DNA from: Vicinamibacterales bacterium | Lineage (GTDB): Bacteria; Acidobacteriota; Vicinamibacteria; Vicinamibacterales; UBA2999 | Assembly: GCA_050250875.1 (NCBI GenBank) | Contig: JBFWNV010000002.1 | Span: forward strand, 334-64,333 | Reading direction: 5' to 3' | Length of the DNA: 64,000 nucleotides | Part shown: positions 47,526 to 57,768 of the stretch, piece after piece | Layout: the number at the start of each line of letters is the position of its first letter | Position numbering within the stretch: the stretch's first letter is position 1 | Notes under the pieces: generated by a model | Told to the model about the DNA's origin: nothing | What the model saw: only the letters and a program-made list of their open reading frames with translations | Databases searched by the model: none | Program-made: the position numbers and the translations under genes

Positions 47526-50167
47526 GACGTGTCGATGCCCTCGCGGCGCAGCAGGCCGAGCAGGCCCACCTTGTCGTCGGCCTTGCGGTAGGCCTCGCGG
47601 ACGTCGACCGCGCCGCTCTGCACGAACGCCACCAGGGCGTCGTTGAGCGGCGCCATGCCCAGCTTGCGGCCGCTGTCGATGGCGCGCGGCAGCTGGGCGA
47701 TCTGGCCGTCGCTGACCAGCGCGGCCACGGCGTTGGTGTTGAGCACCAGCTCCCGGGCGGCGAGCCGGCCGCCGCCGGCCTTGCGCAGCAGCACCTGGGC
47801 GACGACGCCGCGCAGGTGTTCGGCGAGGGCGGCCCGCACCGTGCGCCGCTGTTCCGACGGGCACAGATCGACGAGGCGCTCGAGCGCGGCGGTGGCCGAC
47901 GCCGCGGTCACCGACGCGAACACCAGCAGGCCCGAGCCGGCGGCGTCGAGCGCCACCTGCAGCACGTCGGGCGAGCGCAGGTCTTCGATGATCAGGACGT
48001 CGGGGTTCTCGCGCAGCGCGGCGCGGGCGGCGGTGACCACCTCGGCGGCGCTGCCGCGCAGCTCGCGCTGGCTGATGAGCGAGCCGCGGCTCTCGTGCAC
48101 CAGGCGAATCTGCCCTTCGAGCGTGATGACGTAGTCGTTGCGCTGGCGGTTGATGAGGTCGACGAAGGCCGAGACCATCGTCGACTTGCCGCTGGCGCGC
48201 GGGCCGGTGACGATCACCAGGCCTTCCGGTTCCATCGCCAGCGCCTGGATCTCGCGCACCAGGCCGAGCTGCTCGGCCGAGGTCGCGCGCGCCGAGATCA
48301 TCCGCAGCAGCGCGCCGGGGCCGCGGTAGTCGCGGAAGGTGGTGATGCGGACGCGGCCGATGTCCTGCAGATCGCGGATCCACTCGGCGCTTTCCTTGTC
48401 GCGGGCACCTTCCGGCGCCAGCTCCAGCACCGCCGCTTCGACATCGCCGCTCGACAGCGGCGACTCCCCTTCGAGCAGGCGGATGTCGCCGTCGACGCGC
48501 ACGGCCGGCCGCGCCTGCGTCGTGAGGTAGAGCGCCGAAGCGCCGCGCGCCGCGGCCAACCGCAGCAGGCGCTCGATGCCGCCGGCGCGGCCGTGCGCGC
48601 GCGAGGCCTGGCTGGCGGCGCGGGCCGAATCGCGGGTCAGCGAGAGGACCACGCCGGGGACGGCATCCGCCGGCGTCTCGCTGCGCGTGACGTCGTCGAA
48701 CGCCGTCGGCGGCAGGCCGGGCAGGGTCGGCTGCGGCTCGATCGGTGGGAACGGGGGCTCGGGCACGGCGGGTTCGACGCGCGGCATCGGCGCGCGGGGG
48801 GAGGCCGCGGCGGCCGGCACGTCGTAGCGGGGAGCGTAGGGTTCGACCGGCGGCGCCGCTGGCGCGATCGGCGGCTCGGGGGAGACCGGCACGGGCGTCA
48901 TTGTCGCCGAGGCGGGCGCCGCCGTGGGCGGAATCGCGGCCGCGGCCGCCGGGGCCGTGAACTCGGGCACGGCCGGCACCGGCTGGGCCGGCTCGGGCGG
49001 CGCGGCCGCCACGACGGGCACGGGCGGCGCCGCGGCCACCGGTTCGAACTCGGGTTCGGCCGCGCCGGCGGGTTCGGCCTCGACCGCTGGCGTGGCTGCG
49101 GGTTCGGCCGCTGGCCCCGGAGATGCGGCCGCGGCGGACTCGACCGCGGCGGCGGGCGGTTCGGCGAACGGCATCGACACGGGTTCGACCGGCGGGACGG
49201 CGGCCTCCACGACCGCGTCGAACGACACCGGCGCCGCCGCGGCCGGCAGGTCGATGGTGAACTCGAGCGCCGGCGCCACGGCCGGCTCGTCGATCGGCGA
49301 CTCGAAATCGATCGCCGGTACGTGGTCGATGGTCCACGTCTCGGGCGCGATCGACTCGGCGATCTCGACCGGTTCGAAGGTGTCCTCCGCCGTCGCCGGT
49401 GCGGGCTCGACCTCGGCGGCCGGCTCGGCCACGACCAGCGGTGGTTCGAACGGCACCGGCTCCGGCCCGGCAGGCATCGGCTCGACGGCGGGCGTGCGCT
49501 CCTCGAGGGCGGCGGGTTCAACCTGCGGCGCTGCGGACTCCACGGCTGCGGGCTCGATGACCGCAGCCTCGACCTCGACCGACACGGTTTCGTCCTCGAC
49601 GGCGGGTGGGGTCATGGGCGACGCGACCTCTGCCGGTTCGGCGGCGACCTCGGCGGGCAGGTCGTGGGATGGGATCGCCCCCGCCGGCTCGGCGGACGCC
49701 GCGACCTCGGGCGCCGCCGTCTCGGCTGGCGCAGCGAGCGGCTCGGGCGGCGCGGCGGCCGTCTCCGGCTCGTGATCGGCGGTCGCGATCGGCGCCTCGA
49801 CGGCGGCAGCCGGCGCCGCCACCGGCACCGACGGACGGGGGCGGCGGTGGCGGCGCACTTCGATCCAGATGTCGTCGCCGCCGCGCGCGGCGATGACGGT
49901 GAAGCGATCGCCGCCGGCCGCGGGAATCGTCGCCAGCTCGTGCTCGACGGCGCCCATCTCGCGCAGGCCGCGCAGCGCGTCGGCGGTCAGCAGCTGCGCG
50001 AGCAGGCCCTCCATCGCGCCGAGACCGAGCCCCTGACGCGACAGCTCGACCGGGCCGGCGGCCGCCACGACGTAAGGCTTCTCCCCTACGTGCAGCACCA
50101 GCGCATCGCCGTCACTGCGGACGATGGCGGTCAGGAGCGAGTCGACGAGCGGCATCGGTGATGACAT
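47504..50167 (-). CDS. PilT/GspE-family ATPase-like protein with duplicated PilT N-domain and a Pro/Ala/Glu/Val-rich linker of about 450 aa
   Basis: The C-terminal ATPase domain has Walker A GPRASGKST and DVLIIEDLR. The His-box position reads FASVTAASATAALERL, with no His. The N-terminal 110 aa and residues around 560-650 both look like PilT N-domains. Confidence 0.7.
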   Translation of the reverse strand: MSSPMPLVDSLLTAIVRSDGDALVLHVGEKPYVVAAAGPVELSRQGLGLGAMEGLLAQLLTADALRGLREMGAVEHELATIPAAGGDRFTVIAARGGDDIWIEVRRHRRPRPSVPVAAPAAAVEAPIATADHEPETAAAPPEPLAAPAETAAPEVAASAEPAGAIPSHDLPAEVAAEPAEVASPMTPPAVEDETVSVEVEAAVIEPAAVESAAPQVEPAALEERTPAVEPMPAGPEPVPFEPPLVVAEPAAEVEPAPATAEDTFEPVEIAESIAPETWTIDHVPAIDFESPIDEPAVAPALEFTIDLPAAAAPVSFDAVVEAAVPPVEPVSMPFAEPPAAAVESAAAASPGPAAEPAATPAVEAEPAGAAEPEFEPVAAAPPVPVVAAAPPEPAQPVPAVPEFTAPAAAAAIPPTAAPASATMTPVPVSPEPPIAPAAPPVEPYAPRYDVPAAAASPRAPMPRVEPAVPEPPFPPIEPQPTLPGLPPTAFDDVTRSETPADAVPGVVLSLTRDSARAASQASRAHGRAGGIERLLRLAAARGASALYLTTQARPAVRVDGDIRLLEGESPLSSGDVEAAVLELAPEGARDKESAEWIRDLQDIGRVRITTFRDYRGPGALLRMISARATSAEQLGLVREIQALAMEPEGLVIVTGPRASGKSTMVSAFVDLINRQRNDYVITLEGQIRLVHESRGSLISQRELRGSAAEVVTAARAALRENPDVLIIEDLRSPDVLQVALDAAGSGLLVFASVTAASATAALERLVDLCPSEQRRTVRAALAEHLRGVVAQVLLRKAGGGRLAARELVLNTNAVAALVSDGQIAQLPRAIDSGRKLGMAPLNDALVAFVQSGAVDVREAYRKADDKVGLLGLLRREGIDTSFVERLA

Positions 50168-50272
50168 GCGGCCGGGTTTCCCGGGGGTGCACTCCCCCAC
50201 ACGGGAAGCCCGGACCCAACCGTCCTGTGTTGGTGTTTCGGACCCTCAGGACCTCAACGATAGCGACGGATC

Positions 50273-50989
50273 TCACGCCGCACGCGCGCCGACGTGCAGC
50301 GACATCAGGCCGCCGAGGAGTCGGAAAACCGACACCTCGCGCAGCCCGGCGGCGGTGAGGGCAGCGGCCACGGCGCGGGCGCCCGGATAGCGGCGAATCG
50401 ACGCCGGGATGTAGCGATACGCCGCCGGATCGCCGTGCAGCGCCCAGCCCAGCGTGCCGCCGGCCACCTCGAGATACCCGAGGTAGACGGCGCGCACGAT
50501 CGGCGCGTCGGGACGGTTGAAGTCGAGCGACGCGAAGCGGCCGCCGGGGCGCAGCACGCGGACGATCTCGGCGATCGCTCGCTCGAGATCGGGGACGTTG
50601 CGCAGCCCGTAACCGGTGGTGACGACGTCGAAGCTGGCGTCGGCGAACGGCAGCGCCGTCATGTCGCCGGTGGTCCAGACACACCGGCCCGCCGTCGGTT
50701 TGGTCCGCGCCAGCTGCAGCATCCGCGGCGTGATGTCGAGCCCGTGCACCGCGGCGCCGCGGGCGGCGAGCCGATGGGCGATGTCGCCGGTGCCGCAGGC
50801 GAGATCGAGCGCGCGCTCACCCGGCCGCGGCGCGACCGCCCCGGCCAGCCGGTCTTTCCAGCGCGCGTCCTGGCCGTACGAGAGCACGCGCGTGGCCACG
50901 TCGTAGCGATCGGCGATGGTCGCGAAGAGCTGGCGGACGTGCCGCCGCTTGGCGTCGGGCGAGGTGAAGGCGGCCGCGAGCGACGGCAT
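50273..50989 (-). CDS. ubiE: Demethylmenaquinone/ubiquinone C-methyltransferase (UbiE/MenG family)
   Basis: The N-terminus is V..LF..IA.RYD. SAM motif LDLACGTGD. Also GYGLRNV. Confidence 0.85.
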   Translation of the reverse strand: MPSLAAAFTSPDAKRRHVRQLFATIADRYDVATRVLSYGQDARWKDRLAGAVAPRPGERALDLACGTGDIAHRLAARGAAVHGLDITPRMLQLARTKPTAGRCVWTTGDMTALPFADASFDVVTTGYGLRNVPDLERAIAEIVRVLRPGGRFASLDFNRPDAPIVRAVYLGYLEVAGGTLGWALHGDPAAYRYIPASIRRYPGARAVAAALTAAGLREVSVFRLLGGLMSLHVGARAA

Positions 50990-51059
50990 CGTCCGACACT
51001 ATCGCGATTCGCCCCTGGCGATCACCCGCCAGGGCCGGCGGCGTGGCCCGTCCGCTCCG

Positions 51060-53303
51060 TCAGAGAGGACTGGCCACGAGCCGCCAGGCCTGGGCGACGA
51101 CGAAGCACAGCAGGAAGCCCATCATCAGCGGCAGCAGCGCCGAGACCGCCGTCCATTTCGCGCTGCCGGTCTCCTTCCAGATCGTGTAGATCGTCGTCGA
51201 GCACGGGTTGTGCACCAGGCTGAAGAGCATCAGGCACACCGCCGTGAGCAGCGTCCAGCCGCCGGCCCGCAGCACCGCCGCGGTGTCGGTGGCCGAGTCG
51301 AGTTCGAACATCACGCCGGCGCCGGCGCCGACGTCGGGCACGCCGGTGACCAGCACCGTGAGCATCAGGATCGTCGGCACGACGATCTCGTTGGCGGGAA
51401 TCGCCACCACGTAGGCCAGCAGAATCACGCCCGACAGCCCGAGCACGACGCCGAACGGCTGCAGCCACGCCACGAGGGCGGCCGCCAGGCTGGCGTCGCC
51501 GAACGGGATGTTCGACACCAGCCAGATCACGGCGCCGGCCGGCAGGGCGAAGACCACGGCCCGCCACAGCACGTAGAGCGTGCGATCGATGAGCGAGGTG
51601 TAGAGCGTGGCCAGCACCCGCGGCGGACGGTACGGCGGCAGTTCGAGGCTGAAGGCCGAGACCTCGCCGCGCAGCAGCGTGCGCGACAGCAGCCACGAGG
51701 TGGCGAAGGTGAGCACCACGCCGAGCACCGCGACGCCGACGACGGCCAGTGCCGAGATCAGGCCGGCCCAGTGCGCCGGGGCGGCCCCGCCGATGAAGAT
51801 CGACGCCACCAGGATCTGCGTCGGCCAGCGGCCGTTGCAGAGGGCGAAGTTGTTGGTGATGATGGCGATCAGCCGCTCGCGCGGGCTCTCGATGATCCGC
51901 GCCGCCACCACGCCGGCGGCATTGCAGCCCCAGCCCATCGCCATCGTCAGCGCCTGCTTGCCGTGGGCGCCGACCCGGCGGAACGACCGATCGAGGTTGA
52001 AGGCCACCCGCGGCAGGTAGCCGAAGTCCTCGAGCAGCGTGAACATCGGGAAGAAGATCGCCATCGGCGGCAGCATCACGCTGACCACCCAGGCCGTCGC
52101 CAGGTACATCCCGTCGATGAGCAGCCCGTCGAGCCACCACGGCAGCCCGAGTGCCGCCGCGCCGGCCTTCAGCAGCGGGTGCGCCCAGTCGATCAGCACC
52201 GAGGCCAGCATGCCCGACGGCACGTTGGCGCCGGCGATGGTCAGCCAGAACACCGCCGTCAGCATCGCGATCATCAGCGGCACGCCCCAGATCCGGCTGG
52301 TCACGAGCCGGTCGATGGCGCGGTCGAGGTCGAAACGCCGCGGGCCGTCGGCCCGGGTCACGGCCCGGTCGGCGATGCGTGCCGCTTCGGTGTAGAGCGC
52401 CTCCATCAGGGACTGGTGGAACTCGGTGCCGACCTGCCAGCGCAGTTGTGAGGCCAGCGCCACGGCCGCGTCGGCGGCGGCGGGATCCGGCGCCGTCGCC
52501 GCCGGCGGCGGCGCCGCCGGGTCGGCGCCGCGGTGCAGCTCGCCGAGCTCGCCCGAGCGGAGCGCCGCCTGGATCCGCTCGTCGCCGTCGAGCAGGCGCA
52601 GCGCCACCCATGGCGCGTTGGGCAGGTGCGGATACAGGGCGAGCACGGCCTCGCTCACCCGCACCACGGCGCGCTGCAGCGCCGGCGATCGCTCGCCGAC
52701 GCGGTGCGGCGTGTCCTTCGCCGCGCCGTTGGCCACGTCGCTAATCGCCTGCATCAGCTCGGGCAGCCCCTCGCCCTGCCGGGCCGCCGTGGCCACCACC
52801 CGCACGCCGAGATCGCGGGCCAGCCGCCGCGGGTCGACGTCGAGGCCGCGCCGCCGCGCCTCGTCCATCAGGTTCAGGCAGACGACCGCCCGGTTGGTGA
52901 TCTCGAGCACCTGGAGCACCAGGTTGAGGTTGCGCTCGAGCGTCGTGGCGTCGACGACGATCACCGTGACGTCGGGCTGGCCGAAGAGGATGAAGTCGCG
53001 CGCCACCTCTTCGTCGAGGCTGGCCGACAGCAGCGAGTAGGTGCCCGGCAGGTCGACGAGCTTGTAGCGGTGGCCGCCGGTCGCGAACGCGCCCTCGGCC
53101 CGGGTCACCGTCTTGCCCGGCCAGTTGCCGGTGTGCTGGCGCAACCCGGTCAGGGCGTTGAACACGGTGCTCTTGCCGGTGTTCGGATTGCCGGCCAGCG
53201 CCACGACGTAGTCGTGGCCGGCCATGTCCACGCCGAGCTTCTGCAGGTTGGCGAGGTGATGGGCGGGACAGGCCGCGCACGCCTCGGGCGATGGGTGGCT
53301 CAT
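51060..53303 (-). CDS. feoB: Ferrous iron transporter FeoB
   Basis: The G domain has [16 protein letters not shown] and DLPGTYSL, followed by a polytopic C-terminal permease. ATG 53303 overlaps the upstream stop codon (ATGA); ATG 53225 is an alternative. Confidence 0.9.
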   Translation of the reverse strand: MSHPSPEACAACPAHHLANLQKLGVDMAGHDYVVALAGNPNTGKSTVFNALTGLRQHTGNWPGKTVTRAEGAFATGGHRYKLVDLPGTYSLLSASLDEEVARDFILFGQPDVTVIVVDATTLERNLNLVLQVLEITNRAVVCLNLMDEARRRGLDVDPRRLARDLGVRVVATAARQGEGLPELMQAISDVANGAAKDTPHRVGERSPALQRAVVRVSEAVLALYPHLPNAPWVALRLLDGDERIQAALRSGELGELHRGADPAAPPPAATAPDPAAADAAVALASQLRWQVGTEFHQSLMEALYTEAARIADRAVTRADGPRRFDLDRAIDRLVTSRIWGVPLMIAMLTAVFWLTIAGANVPSGMLASVLIDWAHPLLKAGAAALGLPWWLDGLLIDGMYLATAWVVSVMLPPMAIFFPMFTLLEDFGYLPRVAFNLDRSFRRVGAHGKQALTMAMGWGCNAAGVVAARIIESPRERLIAIITNNFALCNGRWPTQILVASIFIGGAAPAHWAGLISALAVVGVAVLGVVLTFATSWLLSRTLLRGEVSAFSLELPPYRPPRVLATLYTSLIDRTLYVLWRAVVFALPAGAVIWLVSNIPFGDASLAAALVAWLQPFGVVLGLSGVILLAYVVAIPANEIVVPTILMLTVLVTGVPDVGAGAGVMFELDSATDTAAVLRAGGWTLLTAVCLMLFSLVHNPCSTTIYTIWKETGSAKWTAVSALLPLMMGFLLCFVVAQAWRLVASPL

Positions 53304-54328
53304 GCCGCCTCCCGCACGCGGGTGACGAAGATGTGGTGCGCCTGGTCGCGGCGCAGGGCGATGAGGGCGCCGCGGATGCGGTAGGCGGTGGGATCGCCCG
53401 ACGGTCCGCGCAACTCGCTGGTCACGCGGGTGCCGGGCACGACGCCGAGGTCGAGCAGCCGCCGGCGCTGGGCCCCGCGGCAGGTGGCCGCCAGCGCCAC
53501 CACGTCGGCGCTCTCGCCGGGCGCGATCGCCGACAGTCGCGTCATCGCGTGGGTGCGTTCGTCCGGCGGTTCGATCGGCAGCACGGTGACATTGGCCGCG
53601 ACCACCGGGGCGAGCACCACCTCCTCGGTCTCGGCTTCGATGCGCAGCCGCTGCGGCGTGCGCTCGATGAGCCGCACGCGCATGCCCGGCGTCAGCCCGG
53701 CGGCGACGATCTGCGCGAACACCGCGTCGGGCTCGTCCTCGAGGTGGACGATCTCGGCCACCTGGTCGGGAGCGAGCCGGGTGAGCGGCATGCCCTGGTG
53801 GGGCGGCAGCTCGCCACTCGCCAGCGGGATCGGATCGCCGTGCGGGTCGTAGCGCGGATGGCCGAGCGTCGCCGCCAGCGCGTCGGCCTGCGCATCGCTC
53901 ATGCCGTGCTCGCGCCGTTCGGCGTGGGCGTGCCACTCGCGGGCGTCGAGGCCGGTTTCGTCGGCCAGGTAGCGTTCCCACAGGCGGTGGATGCGGATGA
54001 CGCGCAGCGCCTCGCGCCGGCCCTCGGGTGTGAGCCGCAAGGTCGCCTCTTCGTGATCGACCAGGTCCAGCCGGCCCAACCGGTCGACGAGGTCGGCGGC
54101 GGCGCGGCCGGTGAGGCCGAGCACACCGGCCAGGCTCTCGAGCGTCGCCGGCCGCTGGCGATACTCACCGTCCCAGATGTGCTTCAGCGCGTCCTCGACA
54201 TCCACCCGGTCGGTGGCGACCAGGCCGCGGCGCCAGCGCCACGCCAGCCCGGTGCCCGGCCAGAGGAGGACTGCAGCGGCGGCGAGCACCGCGGCGAGCG
54301 CGACCAGGGACAGCAGCGGATTGGCCAT
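53300..54328 (-). CDS. Membrane-anchored DtxR-like regulator fused to an extra FeoA domain
   Basis: N-terminal TM helix [23 protein letters not shown]. DtxR-type wHTH and metal/dimerisation region ([27 protein letters not shown]). An SH3-like domain is followed by a canonical FeoA ([22 protein letters not shown]). Confidence 0.75.
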   Translation of the reverse strand: MANPLLSLVALAAVLAAAAVLLWPGTGLAWRWRRGLVATDRVDVEDALKHIWDGEYRQRPATLESLAGVLGLTGRAAADLVDRLGRLDLVDHEEATLRLTPEGRREALRVIRIHRLWERYLADETGLDAREWHAHAERREHGMSDAQADALAATLGHPRYDPHGDPIPLASGELPPHQGMPLTRLAPDQVAEIVHLEDEPDAVFAQIVAAGLTPGMRVRLIERTPQRLRIEAETEEVVLAPVVAANVTVLPIEPPDERTHAMTRLSAIAPGESADVVALAATCRGAQRRRLLDLGVVPGTRVTSELRGPSGDPTAYRIRGALIALRRDQAHHIFVTRVREAA

Positions 54329-54362
54329 GCAGGTTGGGGCCCGCCGTTCAGCGACGGACCCA

Positions 54363-54386
54363 GATATTTTGACTAGTCAAAATATC
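54363..54386. promoter_or_regulatory. Perfect 24-bp palindrome GATATTTTGACT|AGTCAAAATATC, candidate DtxR/MntR-family operator
   Basis: An AT-rich perfect dyad in the 116-bp divergent region between the two DtxR-family genes. It lies 35 nt from one start codon and 59 nt from the other. Confidence 0.6.
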
Positions 54387-54444
54387 GACGAGCTTCGCTC
54401 AAAAGTCAAGGGATTCCTGTGCCTCTGTTAGGATTTCGGCACCC

Positions 54445-55125
54445 ATGGCGCCGTCCAGCACCGTCGAGAACTACCTCAAGGAGGTCTACCTCGGCGCGTC
54501 CCGGCTGCCGGCTGGCACCCGGCTCTTGCCGATGGGGCAGCTGGCGGCGGCCCTGGGTGTGGCCCCGGGCACCGCGACCACCATGGTGAAGGCGCTCGCG
54601 GAGTCGGGGTTGGTGGAGTACGAGCCCTACAACGGCGTCTGCCTCACCGAGGCCGGGTCGAAGCTGGCGGCGACGGTGCTGCGCCGCCACCGGCTGGTCG
54701 AGCTGTTCCTGGTGCAGGTGATGGGCATGCGCTGGGACGAAGTGCACGACGACGCCGAGCACCTCGAGCACGTCGTCTCGGATCGCCTGATCGAACGGAT
54801 GGACGAGATGCTCGGCCACCCCGAGACCGATCCGCACGGCGACCCGATCCCCGGCCCGGAAGGCACCTTCCGCGAACGGCACCTCGAGACGCTGCTGAGC
54901 TGTCCGGTCGGCCGGCGCGTCGTCGTCGCGCGCGTCACCGACCAGGACGCCACGTTTCTGCGCTTCGTGGAACGCCACGGACTGAAGCCGGGCGAGGTGG
55001 TGGTGGTGGAGTCGCGCGACGAGGCCGCCGACAGCGTCAGGCTGCTGGGCCGCGACGGCGCGGTGGTGACCATCGGCACGCGCGCCGCCTCGAAGCTGCT
55101 GGTCGAAACGCCAGCCGCGGTGTGA
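54445..55125 (+). CDS. DtxR/IdeR/MntR-family metal-dependent transcriptional regulator with SH3-like (FeoA) domain
   Basis: Motifs ENYLKEVYL, RRHRLVELFL, HDDAEHLEH and DPHGDPIP. Confidence 0.85.
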   Translation: MAPSSTVENYLKEVYLGASRLPAGTRLLPMGQLAAALGVAPGTATTMVKALAESGLVEYEPYNGVCLTEAGSKLAATVLRRHRLVELFLVQVMGMRWDEVHDDAEHLEHVVSDRLIERMDEMLGHPETDPHGDPIPGPEGTFRERHLETLLSCPVGRRVVVARVTDQDATFLRFVERHGLKPGEVVVVESRDEAADSVRLLGRDGAVVTIGTRAASKLLVETPAAV

Positions 55126-55173
55126 GACCGCGCGCCGCGACGCCGCTGTCGTCCGGAACGCCGACCGGCGACG

Positions 55174-57606
55174 TCACTCGTTGCGCAGCATCAGCGCGGG
55201 GTCGACACGCGCCGCCGTCAACGACGGGATCACGACGGCGACCAGCACCACCACCGACAGCAGCAGCGGGACGGCGGTGAACACCACCAGATCGAACGGG
55301 CTGATCTCGTGCAGCTGGCTGGCGAGCAGTCGGCTCATCGCGGCGCTGGCCACCAGGCCGGCGACGATACCCAGGACGGCCAGCGTCGAGCCGTGGCGAA
55401 CGACCAGGGCACGGAGCATCGGCGCCGTCGCGCCGAGTGCGGCCCGAATGGCCATCTCGCGGAGGCGCTGGGTGACGGCGTACGCCATCACGCCGTAGAT
55501 GCCGATCGCGGCGAGCGCCAGCGCGGCCGCCCCGAACACGATCATCAGCAGCATTCCCAGACGCTGCCGGGAGAGGGACGCGTCCACCACCTGTGACAGC
55601 ACGCGGAACTCCACCGGCAGCGACCGGTCCACCGCGGCGACCTCGCGACGGATCGCGGTCGCCAGGCCCGCAGGATCGCCGGCCGTGCGGACCAGGACGC
55701 TCGCGGTGCGGTAGGTGAGCTGGTCGTGCGGCTGGTAGATGCCGGCCTCTGGCAGGTCGGCGAGCGTGCCGTGGCGCACATCGGCGGCGACACCGACGAT
55801 CTCGACGGCGGCCACCCGCTGCAGTCCGACGGCGTTGGTGGGGTCGTTCAACGGGGTGGACGGAATCAGGACGCGTCGGCCGATCGGATCCTGCCCGGGC
55901 AGGAATGCCCGCACGAACGCTTCATTCACCACCGCGACCGGCGCCGTGTCCGAGCGGTCCCTGTCGGTGATTGGCCGGCCGGCGACCATCCGCGTCCCGA
56001 GGGTCGTGAAACAGCCGTCAACGACACTGCGAATGCGCGCGCGCTGTGGCTCCTCTCTCGGCGGCTCTCCCTCGATCTGCAGGCTCAGCACGAAATCGTC
56101 GCGGCCGCCGAGCGGCAGCGACGACGCCAGGGAGACGGCCTCGACACCGTTCAGTGCGCGCAGCCGCTCGACGAGCTGACGAGAGGTCGCGGCCACCCGG
56201 TCGTAGTCCGGGTAGGCCGACGGCGACAGGCTGAGCGAGAACGCGATCACCCGCTCGGCGCGGAAGCCCGGATCCACCCGGCTCAGCCGGTCGAAGCTTC
56301 GAACCAGCAGCCCGGCGCCGATGACGAGGACGATGGCGAGCGCTATTTCGGCCACCACCAGGCCGCCGAGGAGGCGCTGCCGCCACGGCCCCGCCGATCC
56401 ACCCCGGCCGCCCTCGTTGACCAGGGTCCTCACGTCGGTCATCAGCAGGCGAAGCGCCGGGGCGAAGCCGACGACGGCGCCGACGACGGCCGTCAGGGCG
56501 AGCACGAAGAGCAGCACCGCACCGTCGATGGCGACGTTCTCGCGCCGGGGCAGGTCGGCGGGGGCCACCTGCAGCAGCTGCTGCACGCCGGCGAACGCCA
56601 GCAGGAGACCGGCCACCGATCCAACCGCCGCCAGCACGAGGCTCTCGGTCAGCAACTGCGACAGGATCCGGCGGCGACCGGCGCCGACGGCGACGCGGAT
56701 CGCGATCTCCTTGGCCCGCACTTCGCCGCGGGACAGCATCAGGTTGGTCACGTTGACGCACGCGATGAGCAGCAGCGTCAGCGCCCCGCCCAGCAGGACG
56801 AACAGGGTGCCACGGAGGTTGCCCACCATGTACTCGAGCAGTGGCTGCGTCGCGAGCACGCGGTTGCGGTTGGCTCCCGGATACTGCTCCTGGAGCTGGG
56901 TGGAGAGCAGCGCCAGCTCGGCTCGCACCTGGGCGGCTGACGCCCCATCCTGGGCCCGGAGGAACGCGTCGTAGATGTGGTTGGTCATCGTCGGCGGCAG
57001 CTGGGCTGGAACCCACAACGCCGTGCCGCGGGGAAAGTCGAACTCGCGCGGCGCCACGCCGACCACTGGAAACGATCGGCCGTCGAGACGGAGCGTGGCA
57101 CCGATGACGTCGGGGGACGAGCCGAAGCGATCGCGCCACGTCGCCCACGAGAGGACCGCGGCCGGCGGACCGCCGATGGCGTCCTCCTGGGCCGTGAAGC
57201 CGCGACCAAGCGCCATGGGCAGGCCCGCCACGTCGAAGAACGTCGGTGCGACCGCGAAGTAGACGACCGCCAGCGGTTCGCTGGATCCGACGTCGAGCGC
57301 CCCCTCGAAGCGGAACGCACCGGACGCGGCGCGAATCGACTGGCTCCGCTCCGCGATGGCGACCAGTTCGGCGGGCGACACCTGGCCGCCGGTCGCGCGG
57401 CCATCCGTCATCGCCGTCCTGAGGAACAAGAGCTGGCCGGGATTCGGATAGGGCAAATCGCGCAGGACGAGGCCGTTGACCACGCTGAAGATCGCGGTGG
57501 TGGCGCCAATGCCCAGGGCCAGGGTGAGCATGGCGGTCAGTGCGAACGCCGGCTGCTTGCGCAGCGTCCGCAGGGCGAACCGTACGTCGTGAGCGATCAT
57601 CCGCAC
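55174..57606 (-). CDS. ADOP-family duplicated orphan ABC permease (MacB/FtsX-like x2)
   Basis: The N-terminus DVRFALRTLRKQPAFALTAMLTLALGIGATTAIFSVVNGLVLRDLPYPNP is characteristic of this family. 810 aa with two FtsX-type halves. No adjacent ATPase gene. Confidence 0.85.
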   Translation of the reverse strand: MRMIAHDVRFALRTLRKQPAFALTAMLTLALGIGATTAIFSVVNGLVLRDLPYPNPGQLLFLRTAMTDGRATGGQVSPAELVAIAERSQSIRAASGAFRFEGALDVGSSEPLAVVYFAVAPTFFDVAGLPMALGRGFTAQEDAIGGPPAAVLSWATWRDRFGSSPDVIGATLRLDGRSFPVVGVAPREFDFPRGTALWVPAQLPPTMTNHIYDAFLRAQDGASAAQVRAELALLSTQLQEQYPGANRNRVLATQPLLEYMVGNLRGTLFVLLGGALTLLLIACVNVTNLMLSRGEVRAKEIAIRVAVGAGRRRILSQLLTESLVLAAVGSVAGLLLAFAGVQQLLQVAPADLPRRENVAIDGAVLLFVLALTAVVGAVVGFAPALRLLMTDVRTLVNEGGRGGSAGPWRQRLLGGLVVAEIALAIVLVIGAGLLVRSFDRLSRVDPGFRAERVIAFSLSLSPSAYPDYDRVAATSRQLVERLRALNGVEAVSLASSLPLGGRDDFVLSLQIEGEPPREEPQRARIRSVVDGCFTTLGTRMVAGRPITDRDRSDTAPVAVVNEAFVRAFLPGQDPIGRRVLIPSTPLNDPTNAVGLQRVAAVEIVGVAADVRHGTLADLPEAGIYQPHDQLTYRTASVLVRTAGDPAGLATAIRREVAAVDRSLPVEFRVLSQVVDASLSRQRLGMLLMIVFGAAALALAAIGIYGVMAYAVTQRLREMAIRAALGATAPMLRALVVRHGSTLAVLGIVAGLVASAAMSRLLASQLHEISPFDLVVFTAVPLLLSVVVLVAVVIPSLTAARVDPALMLRNE

Positions 57607-57768
57607 TCCCGGGGGAAGGAGCGAACCTGAACCGAAGCACGCGCGCGCCGCCCGAGTGGGCCCGAACGCCGCGCGAGTATACCGGGAAACGGGCGCCGCT
57701 CGTCGTGAGCATGCACCACCGGCGCTTCGCCAGTCCTCGCGGCGAGCGGGCCACGTAGCCCGGGCGCC

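Noticed and set aside
48700-49850. Apparent DNA tandem repeat inside the PilT-like gene
   Set aside because: The region encodes low-complexity Pro/Ala/Glu/Val sequence, but I could not find a fixed nucleotide period. It is treated as a compositionally biased linker, not a repeat feature.
47450-50161. 903-aa plus-strand ORF antisense to the PilT-like gene, and similar long antisense ORFs (for example 33662..35725, 50916..52451, 54406..54978, 61011..62396)
   Set aside because: The translations are Arg/Gly/Ala/Asp-rich low-complexity sequence with no recognisable motifs. In each case the opposite strand carries a gene with clear family motifs.
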